DNA of 63,917 nucleotides, the filler included, from Rhabdomonas costata (taxonomy: Eukaryota): the NCBI GenBank assembly GCA_019059605.1. It is 35 parts of 35 records of this genome, joined end to end, with 100 filler letters (N's around TTAATTAATTAA, not from the genome) between each part and the next. Parts side by side here need not be neighbours in the genome. Positions count along the whole stretch, not along the records: positions 62,191 to 63,917 come from JAHMHO010009995.1; 34 more parts are not named here. One strand, written 5' to 3'. Below, one piece after another: positions 63,016 through 63,917 of this stretch. The notes under the pieces are model-generated. The model searched no databases. It saw nothing but the letters and a program-made list of their open reading frames with translations, and was not told the origin of the DNA. Numbering within the stretch: the stretch's first letter is position 1; every line of letters begins with the position of its first letter. Both the position numbers and the translations under genes were made by a program.

Positions 63016-63917
63016 CTGGTAAGCCCACACACCGCCCTGCTCCCTCCAAGTAGCCCAGGGTCCTCATTGCTAAGCAGGGCCCCCATGCGCAGAGCCTAAC
63101 GTCGGGCAGTGTCCCAGTGCTTAAGCACTCTCTCTTGGTGGGTCCCAGTGCAATTATTTGTTCTTGCGAGTCCGGATTTTGGTGAAGGCAGGTCTTCCTT
63201 CCTGAGGAGTGGGGTGGAGAGGGAGGGAGGGGGGTAGTAATGGGAGAAGGTTGTCCCTTTAACCTCGAACAGACCTGTGCAGCCCACCCCCACCCGGAAG
63301 GGATGATGGGTGCAAACTCGCCAACGTCAAGCAACAGACCGAAACTCAAAGGAGTAACTGTCCTCATACTCGGGAGTCGGGCTTGAAAACTACTTTCACC
63401 ACCCATCGCATATCTGAAGCCTCTGCCTCAGGCAATGTCGGCTTTCCACGGCTGCGGCTGAGGGACTGTTGCCTCCGTTTCACAACCCTGGGCAGCCCAG
63501 CTGAGGACGACAAGCGAAGAAGGGCAATGCTCACCAAAGACCGCCTTAAAGGGTGTCCTTCTTCTTAAGAAGAAAAACGATGGGCTTATTGTCATTCTCT
63601 CCAACTCCTGGAAGGTCGCTCAGTTGACCCGGGAACTGCAGCAGGTCTTCGACCATGCAAGCGGGCGGGGACACCGCGCTGTCCGGTGTCCCGTGCGGCG
63701 GTAAAGAAGGCATCGTATACCACTGAAAGCCTCTCAGGGAAGCCAGAGAAAGAAACTCCTGCAATCAAAACCAAAGCATCCACAAGCCGGTGCATGTGGG
63801 CTCATTCCATCGTTTACTAAAACAAAACCGTGGACTTCAAACCAAGGGAGGTTCAGATTTGTGCAGACATAAGAAAAGCAGGGGTGGACATCCTATCGGG
63901 TGTCTGTAACCCACCAC

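Overview
This window is not contiguous DNA. It is 35 unrelated contigs of about 1.73 kb joined by an artificial 100-nt spacer (44 N + TTAATTAATTAA + 44 N), so gene neighbourhood is meaningful only within a contig. Most contigs come from an intron-rich, flagellated eukaryote, probably a protist; euglenozoan affinity is only a tentative inference. By hand-splicing I recognise fragments of Vps39, a PEBP/mL38-like protein, UGGT, GCN1, a TylF-family methyltransferase, hybrid-cluster protein, eIF3c, a LicD-family protein, an SLC25 carrier, a GDSL/SGNH hydrolase, dihydroxy-acid dehydratase, a BTB-RCC1 protein, a FAM20/Four-jointed-like kinase, a PPR-like protein, SMU1 and an outer-arm dynein heavy chain. 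Several introns use GC donors. G/T-only contig ends and terminal fold-backs point to whole-genome-amplified DNA. Two contigs stand out. (1) 31076-32843 holds an IS630/Tc1-like transposase and a co-oriented SF3 (Rep/NS1-type) helicase, separated by a ~200-bp palindrome of 5+5 ACGATGCCC repeats around a hairpin. This suggests a transposon with its own replication module, seen at a circle/tandem junction or origin. (2) 54878-56605 is very AT-rich, intronless and giant-virus-like, encoding a 22-aa LRR protein and a nicotinamidase with a 3' hairpin between them. Also present: a MITE, a dispersed ~135-bp repeat and a candidate C/D snoRNA. All family assignments come from motif recognition, not database searches.
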